Assembly: GCA_963747935.1 (NCBI GenBank)
Contig: CAVVGY010000006.1
Coordinates: 30,443 to 94,442, forward strand
Direction: 5' to 3'
DNA length: 64,000 nt
Source: an uncultured Thermoleophilia bacterium
GTDB taxonomy: Bacteria > Actinomycetota > Thermoleophilia > UBA2241
Shown one piece after another: positions 35,666 to 44,378 of this stretch. A program made the position numbers and the translations under genes. How positions within the stretch are numbered: position 1 is the stretch's first letter; each line of letters opens with the position of its first letter. A model generated the notes under the pieces. The model did no database searches. It was given only the letters and a program-made list of their open reading frames with translations, and was not told where the DNA came from.

Positions 35666-37077
35666 GCGACATCCTGACCCGCATGGGCGACGGCTACAGC
35701 GTGGAGCTGACGCTCGAGGAACTCCGCGAGGACATCGTCACCGGCTCGGCGGACGCTGCCCGCAAGGGCAAGATCCCCGTCCTCGAGAACGACGAGGTCG
35801 ACTACCTGGTCGAGATGTTCGCCAGCCCCACGCGCATCTGGGGGGTCGAGCGCGGGCACGAGGCGGTCCTGACCAAGGACGGCTCGACCAACTCGCTGTA
35901 CTCGGCGCAGCTCTCCTCGGGTGTCGGCCTGCCGCTCTCCCGCGAGCAGGCGTTCCGCACGTTCGAGCGGGCCTTCGGCTTCGACACCATGGAGGTCGGC
36001 CACTTCGACTACTCGGTCAAGCCGGCCAAGCCCATCGTCACCCTGGAGCAGACCAACGTCGAAGGCGTGCTCCACAACTGCATCATCCCGGTCTATTACG
36101 GCTTCATGCCGAACCTGGGTCTGTACTACCGGCCCGACGGGCAGTTCCCCAACCCGTCCGACCTGATGCCCAAGGGCCAGATCGCCGAGGCCAGGGCGGC
36201 GACCGAGGAGGCCTTGGTGGCCTGCCGGGACGACGTGATCTGGATGACCGGCAAGATGGCCGAGGTCGGCGTGGACGGCATCAACTACGACACCACCGCC
36301 TCCACGGGCGACGGCGAGTTCCTCGCCACGCTCGAGGCGGTCGAGTGGACGGCCAAGAACACCGACGTCTCCATCGAGGTGGGCATGGCGGCGGAGTGCG
36401 TGCTCGGCTTCCACGGGCAGCTCACCTACGACGGCGAGCGTCTCGCGGGGATGTGGCCGCACCAGCAACTGAAGGTGGTGGAGAAGGCCGGGGCCCACGT
36501 GTTCGGGCCCGTGGTCAACACCAACACGCGCCGGAGCACGCCGTGGAACCTGGCGCGGGCGGTCACGTTCATCAAGGCCGTCAGCGCCGAGGCCACGATC
36601 CCCGTCCACGCCAACGTGGGCATGGGCGTGGGCGGCGTGCCGATGTTCGAGCTCCCGCCGGCCGACGTGGTCACGCGCTGCAGCGCGGCGATGATCATGA
36701 TCGGCAAGGTCGACGGCTTGTAGGTGGGCACAGGCGATCCCAGCGGGATGAGCCTTGCTCACGCGCTGGCTTCCTCGATGGGCGGCATCCGTACCACCGG
36801 AGATCTGGTGGCCCGGATGCAGATGACCCGCAAGATGAGGTTGCCGGAGGCGAAGCGGTTTGTGGCAGACAAGCTCGGCCTGAGCGTGAGGGACATCAGC
36901 GACTCGACGGTCATGCGGGGCGTGCGCGAGGAACTCGACATCGGCGTCATCACCGCCGTGCCGGGGCTTGCGCGCGGTCTCGAGGCCAAAGCGCGCATCG
37001 CGGACCTGCTCGGCATCACCATCAACAGCGTCGAGCGGCTCAAGCGCAAGATGGGCGCATCCGCCCTCAGTCGATGA
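35662..37077 (+). CDS. mtbB: Dimethylamine:corrinoid methyltransferase MtbB homolog with in-frame amber codon (36721-36723, residue 354; predicted pyrrolysine), 471 aa
   Basis: TRMGDG, DTMEVGHFDYSVKPAKP, YGFMPNLGLYYRPDG, VNTNT, GMGVGGVPM, KVDGL-TAG-VGTGDP, GGIRTTGDLVARMQ, REELDIG; both ORF-track halves are in the same frame. Confidence 0.92.
36724..36762 (+). promoter_or_regulatory. Candidate PYLIS-like stem-loop directly 3' of the amber codon
   Basis: GTGGGCA/TGCTCAC, AGGC/GCCT and ATCCC/GGGAT nested stems with AGC loop. Confidence 0.5.
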
Positions 37078-37120
37078 CGGTCGACGCGCTGCCCGGCACG
37101 TAACCAGAGGAGGCACACGC

Positions 37121-38626
37121 ATGGCAACTGTGGAGCCGACGACCGTAGGTCCATACCCGACGCCGTACGCCGCGCCGGCAGATCCACCCATGGACTACAA
37201 GATGTACATCGGCGGCGAGTGGGTCGAATCGGAGAGCGGCGAGCGCTTCGACGTCTGGTCTCCCGGCGATGGAAGTCGCATCGGTTCGGTGCCCAAGGGC
37301 ACTACCGCGGACGTCAAGAAGGCCATCGAGGCGGCCAAGAAGGCGCAGAAGGAGATGGCCGCTCTCTCCATCCCGGCGCGCGCCAAGCTGCTGTTCAAGG
37401 CCAGCGAGATCGCGTACCGGCGCCTCGAGCACGACGCACGCGTGCTCTGCCGCGAATGCGGCAAGACGATCACCGAGGCGCGCAGCGAGATCGAGGACTA
37501 CTCCGCGCCGCACTTCATCGAGGCGGCCGAGGGCATCAAGCGCTACCGCGGCAGGATCAACCCGTCCATCCAGGAAGACACGCTGAACAAGCGCATCCTG
37601 GTCATCCACCAGCCGATGGGCGTGATCGGCATCATCTCGCCGTGGAACTGGCCGCACGACATCCCCAACATCGCGCTCACCCATGCGCTGGCCGCCGGGG
37701 ACGCGGTCGTCATGAAGCCGGCGAGCACGACGCCGTTCAGCGCGCTCATGCTCGCCGAGATCATCGAGGAGGCGGGCTTCCCGAAGGGCGTCGTCAACAT
37801 CGTCACCGGTCCAGGCCCTGTGGTCGGGGAGGAATTGGTCAGCAATCCCGGCACGGCCGCCATCCACTTCACCGGCGAGACGGGCACCGGCGAGCGACTC
37901 ACGCAGATCGCCGGCGTCAAGCGGCTCATGCTCGAGCTCGGCGGCAACGGGCCGCTCGTGGTGTGGGACGACGCGAACATCGAGGAGGCCGTCGAGGCCA
38001 CCATCACCGGCTGCTTCTACCTCGCAGGCCAGGTTTGCACAGCGTCCGAGCGCATCCTCGTTCACGAGGCTGTGCACGACGAGTTCGTCGAGAAGCTGGT
38101 GGCGCGGGCGAAGAAGGTCAAGGTCGGTAATCCGCTCGACGAGGGCACCGACATGGGCCCGCTCAACAACCCGAGCAACGTGGCGAAGGTGCAGGCGCAC
38201 TTCGACGACGCGAAGCAACGCGGCGGCAAGTTCCTCATGGGCGGCACCATCGACGGCATGTACGCCGAGGTGACCGTCGTCGACGGCGTGACCTCGGACT
38301 TCCTCATGGCGCGCGACGAGACGTTCGGCCCCGTCGCGCCGATCATGACGTTCAAGGACATGGACGAGTGTCTGAGGATCGCCAACGAGACGCCCTACGG
38401 ACTCCAGGGAGCCGCCTTCACGAGCAGTCTGCGCACCGCCTTCCTGCTCGGCGAGGGCATCGAGTGCGGTACTGTGCTCATCAACGAGACGAACAACTGC
38501 TGGGACCAGCTCTCGCCGTTCGGCGGCGTCAAGAAGAGCGGCCTGGGGCGCGAGCTCAGCGACTGGTGCTTCGACGAGCTGACCGAGACCAAGCAGCTCA
38601 ACATCGACATCAGCAAGGTGAAGTGA
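37121..38626 (+). CDS. NAD(P)-dependent aldehyde dehydrogenase
   Basis: ISPWNWP, KPAS, FTGE.GTG, LELGGN, GQVCTAS, ETFGPV, PFGGVKKSGLGRE. Confidence 0.93.
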   Translation: MATVEPTTVGPYPTPYAAPADPPMDYKMYIGGEWVESESGERFDVWSPGDGSRIGSVPKGTTADVKKAIEAAKKAQKEMAALSIPARAKLLFKASEIAYRRLEHDARVLCRECGKTITEARSEIEDYSAPHFIEAAEGIKRYRGRINPSIQEDTLNKRILVIHQPMGVIGIISPWNWPHDIPNIALTHALAAGDAVVMKPASTTPFSALMLAEIIEEAGFPKGVVNIVTGPGPVVGEELVSNPGTAAIHFTGETGTGERLTQIAGVKRLMLELGGNGPLVVWDDANIEEAVEATITGCFYLAGQVCTASERILVHEAVHDEFVEKLVARAKKVKVGNPLDEGTDMGPLNNPSNVAKVQAHFDDAKQRGGKFLMGGTIDGMYAEVTVVDGVTSDFLMARDETFGPVAPIMTFKDMDECLRIANETPYGLQGAAFTSSLRTAFLLGEGIECGTVLINETNNCWDQLSPFGGVKKSGLGRELSDWCFDELTETKQLNIDISKVK

Positions 38627-38934
38627 CTCTGCGGTAGAAGGCCGGGAGGCAGGTCGGCAGGGCGGCCGGGGCGGGAGCCCCGGCCGCCCTGCCACGTTTG
38701 ACGCCCGTCGTCCGGTGGGCGCCGGTCCAGGGGGGATGCCGGGTGTCGCAGCGCTCCGTCACGCTTGCCTCGGCGGCCTCGCCTTCTATACGATATCGCT
38801 ATACCACGATGCGATATGTGAGGCCGGGTACGGGGCGATTGCCCGGCCTTCGCCGTCGTTCTACGATTGCGAATCTGTGGGAGCCTGTCCGTCCGTCCCG
38901 GGCGGGAGCTTGAACCTTGGAGGGGGTGCTCAAC

Positions 38935-39321
38935 GTGAGCGCACAAGAGCGCGAGACGGCCAACGTCGGCGCCGGGTTGTGGAAGGGCATCGGCATGTGG
39001 GCCTGGATCCTCTTCCGCATCAGCGGGCTGGTCCTGGCCGCCTACCTGTTCGTCCACATCTGGGTCATCTCCCAGGGTCGCGTGAGCGGCGCGGGGACGC
39101 TGAACAGCTTCTTCGAGACGTTCGACAAGCCGTTCCTGGTGTTCCTCGACTCGGTCCTCGTGGCCGCCGTGCTGTACCACGCGCTCAACGGCGTGCGCAT
39201 CCTGCTGATGGACTTCGGCATCGGCATCCAGCGTCACAAGGCCGTCTTCTGGATCTGCATGCTGATCGCCGCCGCGGCGGTGTGGGGGTTCGCCTACAAG
39301 GCCATCCCCCTCATCTTCTAG
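38935..39321 (+). CDS. sdhC: Succinate dehydrogenase cytochrome b subunit
   Basis: FRISGL, HIW, YHALNGVRILLMD; three TM. Confidence 0.88.
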   Translation: MSAQERETANVGAGLWKGIGMWAWILFRISGLVLAAYLFVHIWVISQGRVSGAGTLNSFFETFDKPFLVFLDSVLVAAVLYHALNGVRILLMDFGIGIQRHKAVFWICMLIAAAAVWGFAYKAIPLIF

Positions 39322-39331
39322 GGAGGGGAAC

Positions 39332-39694
39332 GTGAGGACCGAGACACTCGATCGCAGCGCCGGCGGGATGTGGCCCTGGCTGGGCCAGCGCGTCACCGCC
39401 GTTGTCATCCTCGTCACCATCATGGTCCACCTGGTGCTCACGCACTTCGTGGCCATCGGCCAGCTCAGCTACGAGAACATCGGCGAGCGGCTGGCCATGA
39501 CGGCCGTGCTCGTCAACGACGTGCTGCTGCTGGTGGCCGTCGTGTACCACGCCCTCAACGGGGTGCGCATGGTCGTGCTGGACTACGGATTCAAGGGCAC
39601 GGGCGCCCGTCGCGGGCTCGCCGTGTTCCTCTGGGTCGTCGGCATCATCGCTGTCGTCTACGGCATCTGGGCCCTCTGGGTCTGGGTGAGCTGA
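39332..39694 (+). CDS. sdhD: Succinate dehydrogenase membrane anchor
   Basis: WLGQRVTA, HLVLTH, YHALNGVRMVVLDY. Confidence 0.85.
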   Translation: MRTETLDRSAGGMWPWLGQRVTAVVILVTIMVHLVLTHFVAIGQLSYENIGERLAMTAVLVNDVLLLVAVVYHALNGVRMVVLDYGFKGTGARRGLAVFLWVVGIIAVVYGIWALWVWVS

Positions 39695-39705
39695 GGGGGA
39701 GAGGC

Positions 39706-41412
39706 ATGCCACACCATCAGCTGATCGTGGTCGGCGGCGGGCTCGCAGGGCTCCGCGCCGCCGTGGAGGCCAAGGCGGACGGGCTGGACGTGGCGGTCCT
39801 CAGCCAGGTCCACCCCGGCCGCAGCCACTCGAGCGCCGCGCAGGGCGGCATCAACGCGGCGCTGGCCAACCACCCGGACGCCCACGACGACACGCCCGAG
39901 AAGCACGCCTTCGACACGGTCAAGGGCTCGGACTACCTGGCCGACCAGGACACCGCCATCCAGATGACCAAGGACGCCCCCGGCGTCATCTTCGAGATGG
40001 ACCACTGGGGCTGCCCGTTCAGCCGCTTCGACGACGGGCGCATCGCCCAGCGGCCGTTCGGCGGCGCCGGGTACCCGCGCACCTGCTACGGCGCCGACAA
40101 GACCGGCCACTACCTGCTGCACACGCTGGTCGAGCGCGCCTACGAGCGTCAGGTCAAGATGTACATCGAGGTCTTCGTCACCTCGCTCATCGTCGACGAC
40201 GGTCGCTGCCGCGGCGTCGTCGCCTACGACATGATCAAGGGCGGGTTCCACGCCTTCACGGCCGACGCCGTGGTCATGGCCACGGGCGGCGCCGGCCGCA
40301 TCTACGGCAACTCCACCAACGCCATCATCAGCACCGGCGCCGGCGCGGCCATGGCCTACCAGGCCGGAGTGCCCGCGGAGGACATGGAGTTCATCCAGTT
40401 CCACCCCACGGGCCTGCTCACCTCGCACATCCTCATGAGCGAGGCGTGCCGGGGCGAGGGCGGCTACCTCGTCAACGGCGAGGGCGAGCGCTTCATGGCC
40501 AGGTACGCGCCCAAGGCCATGGAGCTGGCGCCGCGCGACATCACCGCGCGCTCCATCACCACGGAGATCAACGAGGGCCGCGGCATCGGCGGAGCCGACT
40601 ACGTGAACCTCGACCTGCGGCACCTCGGCGCCGAGAAGATCCTCGAGCGGCTGCCCGGCATCCGCGACATCGCCATCCACTTCGAGGGCGTCGACCCCAT
40701 CGAGGAGCCCATCCCGATCCGCCCGGTCCAGCACTACACCATGGGCGGCATCGACACCGACGTGGACGGGCGCACGAGGCTCCTGGGCCTCTACGCGGCC
40801 GGCGAGTGCGCCTGCGTCAGCGTGCACGGCGCCAACCGGCTCGGCGGCAACTCGCTGCTCGAGACCGTCGTCTTCGGGCGGCGCGCCGGCATGGCCGTCG
40901 TGGCCGACCTCGAGGGCGGAGCCTCCGCCGGCGATCCCACGCCGGCCGCGGCCGGCGCCGTCACGGCCATGGAAGCGCGCGTCAAGGAGCTTGCGGCGCG
41001 CGGCGCGGACGGGGCCGACCCGTACGCCATCCGCGCCGAGATGATCGCCACCACGCGCGACTACTTCGGCGTGTTCCGCGAGGACAGCGTCATGCGCACA
41101 GGTCTCGAGACCCTGCGCCGGCTCAAGGAGCGCTGCAGCAAGATCGGTCTGCGCAACGCCGGCGGCGTGTTCAACCTCGACCTCATGCGCACGCTCGAGC
41201 TCGAGGGCATGGTCGACCTCTCCCTGTGCGTCGCCGAGGGCGCCCTCGCACGCACCGAGTCGCGCGGGTCGCACTCACGCACCGACTTCCCGGCGCGCGA
41301 TGACGAGCAGTGGCTCAAGCACACGCTCGCGTACTACACCCCGGAGGGGCCGCGGCTCGAGTACGCGCCCGTCACCCTCGGTCCCTTCGAGCCACAGGAG
41401 CGGAAGTACTGA
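39706..41412 (+). CDS. sdhA: Succinate dehydrogenase/fumarate reductase flavoprotein
   Basis: GGGLAG, RSHSSAAQGG, QFHPTG, HYTMGG, HGANRLGGNSL, ESRGSH. Confidence 0.95.
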   Translation: MPHHQLIVVGGGLAGLRAAVEAKADGLDVAVLSQVHPGRSHSSAAQGGINAALANHPDAHDDTPEKHAFDTVKGSDYLADQDTAIQMTKDAPGVIFEMDHWGCPFSRFDDGRIAQRPFGGAGYPRTCYGADKTGHYLLHTLVERAYERQVKMYIEVFVTSLIVDDGRCRGVVAYDMIKGGFHAFTADAVVMATGGAGRIYGNSTNAIISTGAGAAMAYQAGVPAEDMEFIQFHPTGLLTSHILMSEACRGEGGYLVNGEGERFMARYAPKAMELAPRDITARSITTEINEGRGIGGADYVNLDLRHLGAEKILERLPGIRDIAIHFEGVDPIEEPIPIRPVQHYTMGGIDTDVDGRTRLLGLYAAGECACVSVHGANRLGGNSLLETVVFGRRAGMAVVADLEGGASAGDPTPAAAGAVTAMEARVKELAARGADGADPYAIRAEMIATTRDYFGVFREDSVMRTGLETLRRLKERCSKIGLRNAGGVFNLDLMRTLELEGMVDLSLCVAEGALARTESRGSHSRTDFPARDDEQWLKHTLAYYTPEGPRLEYAPVTLGPFEPQERKY

Positions 41413-42137
41413 TGCGCACCGTCAACTTCCACATCAAGCGCTACGACCCGGCGCGCGACGAGAAGGGCAGCTCGCGCGTCCAGCAGTACGAGGTCCCGTA
41501 CGAGACGAGCCTCACCGTCCTCGAGGGCCTCTTCTACATCCAGGAGCAGCTCGACGGCTCGCTCTCGTTCCGCTACTGCTGCCGTGCATCCATTTGCGGC
41601 TCGTGCGCCATGTACATCAACGGCCGCTACCGGCTGGCCTGCCAGACCAACGTCCTGCACCTGCACACCGAAGAGGTGCACATCGAGCCGCTGCCGCACA
41701 TGCCGCTCGTCAAGGACCTGGTCTGCGACATGGACGACTTCTTCACCAAGTACGAGTACATCCAGCCGTGGCTGATCCGCCACAGCCAGGAGCCGGCGAA
41801 GGAGATCCTGCAGTCGCCGGCCGACCGCCACAAGCTCAACATGCCCATCGACTGCATCCTGTGCGGCGCCTGCTACAGCAGCTGCCCGTCGGTGTGGGGC
41901 GAGGACAACTACATCGGGCCCGCGGCGCTGCTCAAGGCGTACCGGTTCGAGGTCGACTCGCGCGACGAGGCCAAGAAGGAGCGCATGCCGCGCTGGGACA
42001 ACGAGCGCGGGGCCTACCGCTGCCACACCATCACCAACTGCATCGAGGCCTGCCCGAAGGAGCTGAACCCGACGGAGGGCATCCAGTGGCTCAAGATGGC
42101 GGCCGTGCGACGGAGGCTGTTCGGCAAGTCCAAGTGA
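41412..42137 (+). CDS. sdhB: Succinate dehydrogenase iron-sulfur subunit
   Basis: CRASICGSC, CILCGACYSSCP, CHTITNCIEACPK. Confidence 0.95.
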   Translation: MRTVNFHIKRYDPARDEKGSSRVQQYEVPYETSLTVLEGLFYIQEQLDGSLSFRYCCRASICGSCAMYINGRYRLACQTNVLHLHTEEVHIEPLPHMPLVKDLVCDMDDFFTKYEYIQPWLIRHSQEPAKEILQSPADRHKLNMPIDCILCGACYSSCPSVWGEDNYIGPAALLKAYRFEVDSRDEAKKERMPRWDNERGAYRCHTITNCIEACPKELNPTEGIQWLKMAAVRRRLFGKSK

Positions 42138-42648
42138 CGCGCCCGGCCGCGCGCGACCGGCGGCCCCGGGCACGATGAGTACCGCCGAGGGGCGGGCGGC
42201 CGGAAGCGCCGCCCGCCCCTCGCGCATCTTGGCGGCCGGAAGCGCCGCGCCCGCCATCCTCGCGCTTGCCGGAGCCCGCTCCGCCGGGACAGGCGAAGTG
42301 CCGCAGGGGCGCTCTGCAACTGTAGAGCCGATGTAGATACATCCGGGGCCTTCGCCTCTGTGTGTGGCCCGGAATGTATCTACTCCGTGTCTACGTTCTC
42401 AGAGGAGGGCTGCACCGTGTTGCCGGCGGCAGCGGTCAGGGTCGGAGGGTGGCGGCGGATCGGCGGTGGCGGGCGGGTGGCGGCGTTCGGCGAGCGGAGG
42501 GTGGCAGGCACACACACTCCTGCACCCTGTGGGCGGCCTCTATTGGCGGATACCCGCCGGGGATACATGAGGCGGGCCGGCAGGGGTGACGGCGGCGATA
42601 CGGATACCCGCCGGGTATCCGGATCCAGAGCGCCCGAACTGCGACCTC

Positions 42649-43728
42649 CTAGAGGAGGCCGTCGAGGGTGGCGATGAGCACGCCGGCGACGGTGACGACC
42701 GCCGCCAGCGTCAGGCGCAGGCCCGGATGCTCGCGCAGGAAGACGACGCCGAAGACGATGGAGAACACCGGCGTCGTCGCCATGATCAGCATCGCCAGGA
42801 CCGGCCCCAGCTCGACGATGGTGAGGTAGAACAGCACGCTCACCGACGCCTCGAGCATGCCGGCCAACACGATGAGCCACATGACGTGGCGGCGCGCCGC
42901 CGGCGTCAGCGGGCGCGCCGTCAGTCTGGGGCGGCGCCACAGCAGCAGGCCGCCGAGCATCAGCGCGCCGCACACCTGGCTCAGGAGCATCATCGTCGCC
43001 GTGGCGCGGCCGTAGGACTCGGCGGCGAGGTCGATGAGCACCGGGCCGAGTCCCCAGCCGGCGGCCGTGAGCACCGCCAGGCCGATGAGCTTGGCCTTGG
43101 ACGCCGGGGTGCGGCCGGCCGGCGCGGGACGGACCGATGGGGCGGAGGGGCCGTCCGGGGCGCGGTCGGCGGGGAGCACGTCGCCGTGGGCGGCGCCGGC
43201 GAGCGTGGCCGCGCGGGTCAGCTCCGATCCCGGTGCGTCCTCGCCGTCGTCCATCCAGCGCGAGATGAGCACCACGCCGGCCATGGTCACCGCCATGCCG
43301 GCGAGAGTCGCGACTCCGAACGCGGCGCCGACGATGATCCAGGCGAAGAACGCCGTCCACACGGGGTCGGTGCTGGTGATCGGCGCGATCACCGCGACCC
43401 GTTCGCCGCGCAGCGCGAAGTAGTAGGCGTTGAACGCGATCACCCACGTGCCGACGGCGGAGAGGGCTATCCAGCCCGCCGCCTCCGCGTTGATGCCGAA
43501 GCCGTTGTCCCAGAGGCCGAACACGGTGAGCGGCACGGTGATCACGAGCAGGCCGCAGATGGCCACCAGGCGGATGAAGAAGTTGACCGCGACGGGCGTC
43601 ACCGACGCCAGGATCTTCTTGTTCACCACCACGACCAGGGCCCACAACGCGGTCATGACGAAGGCGGCGGCGATCCAGGCTGTGTAGGTGCTCGTGGCTT
43701 CCCCTCCGAGGCTCCCGAACGGTCTCAC
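42649..43728 (-). CDS. EamA/DMT-family transporter (start uncertain)
   Basis: Two 5-TM repeats, IAPITSTDPVW and ATTPVFSIVFG.VFLRE. Confidence 0.82.
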   Translation of the reverse strand: MRPFGSLGGEATSTYTAWIAAAFVMTALWALVVVVNKKILASVTPVAVNFFIRLVAICGLLVITVPLTVFGLWDNGFGINAEAAGWIALSAVGTWVIAFNAYYFALRGERVAVIAPITSTDPVWTAFFAWIIVGAAFGVATLAGMAVTMAGVVLISRWMDDGEDAPGSELTRAATLAGAAHGDVLPADRAPDGPSAPSVRPAPAGRTPASKAKLIGLAVLTAAGWGLGPVLIDLAAESYGRATATMMLLSQVCGALMLGGLLLWRRPRLTARPLTPAARRHVMWLIVLAGMLEASVSVLFYLTIVELGPVLAMLIMATTPVFSIVFGVVFLREHPGLRLTLAAVVTVAGVLIATLDGLL

Positions 43729-43809
43729 TCCCCGCCGCAGTCTACCCCCGGCAGGTATACTCCCGGGAACGAAATGTATCCCTGCGCCGGGGCGCAGAGT
43801 GGAGGACGC

Positions 43810-44352
43810 ATGAAGACGTCAGTGGGCAAGACCAAGCTCGAGATCGCCAGCGGCGACATCACCCAGCTGGAGGTGGACGCGCTCGTGGCGCCGGCCTCCA
43901 CCGAGATGTGGATGGACCACGGCGTGGCGGCGGCCATCAAGCGCACCGGCGGCGACGCCGTGGAGAAGGAGGCCGTGCTGCAGGGGCCGGTCAAGGTCGG
44001 CGAGGCCGTCATCACCACCGGCCACGACCTCAAGGCCCGCTGGGTCGTCCACACCGCGATCTCGGACGACTACCCGAGCGGCCACGCGGACTCGCGCTCC
44101 ATCACCGCCGCGACGCGCTCGTCGCTGGAGGCCGCGCACCGCGCTCACGCGCGGTCGGTGGCGCTGCCCGCGTTCGGCACCGGCGCGGGCTCGTTCCCGC
44201 TCTACCAGTGCGCGAGCCTCATGGTCGCGGAGACGGTGGCCTACCTCAAGGAGCACCCCAACTCCGGGCTCCGTCACGTGATGTTCTCCGTGTACGACGA
44301 CGCGGCCAGGGTGGCGTTCAAGAACGCCATGCTCGGCATCAGCCGCTTCTAG
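43810..44352 (+). CDS. Macro domain protein
   Basis: GDITQLEVDALV, GVAAAI, GEAVITTG, VALPAFGTGAG. Confidence 0.88.
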   Translation: MKTSVGKTKLEIASGDITQLEVDALVAPASTEMWMDHGVAAAIKRTGGDAVEKEAVLQGPVKVGEAVITTGHDLKARWVVHTAISDDYPSGHADSRSITAATRSSLEAAHRAHARSVALPAFGTGAGSFPLYQCASLMVAETVAYLKEHPNSGLRHVMFSVYDDAARVAFKNAMLGISRF

Positions 44353-44378
44353 TACCCGGCGCCGGAGGGGGCTCGGCC

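Noticed and set aside
36724-37077. Separate 117-aa gene after the TAG
   Set aside because: No RBS; it is the in-frame C-terminal part of MtbB
38786-38820. ATATCGC...GCGATAT inverted repeat upstream of sdhC as an operator
   Set aside because: Single instance with no recognisable regulator motif; too weak to call
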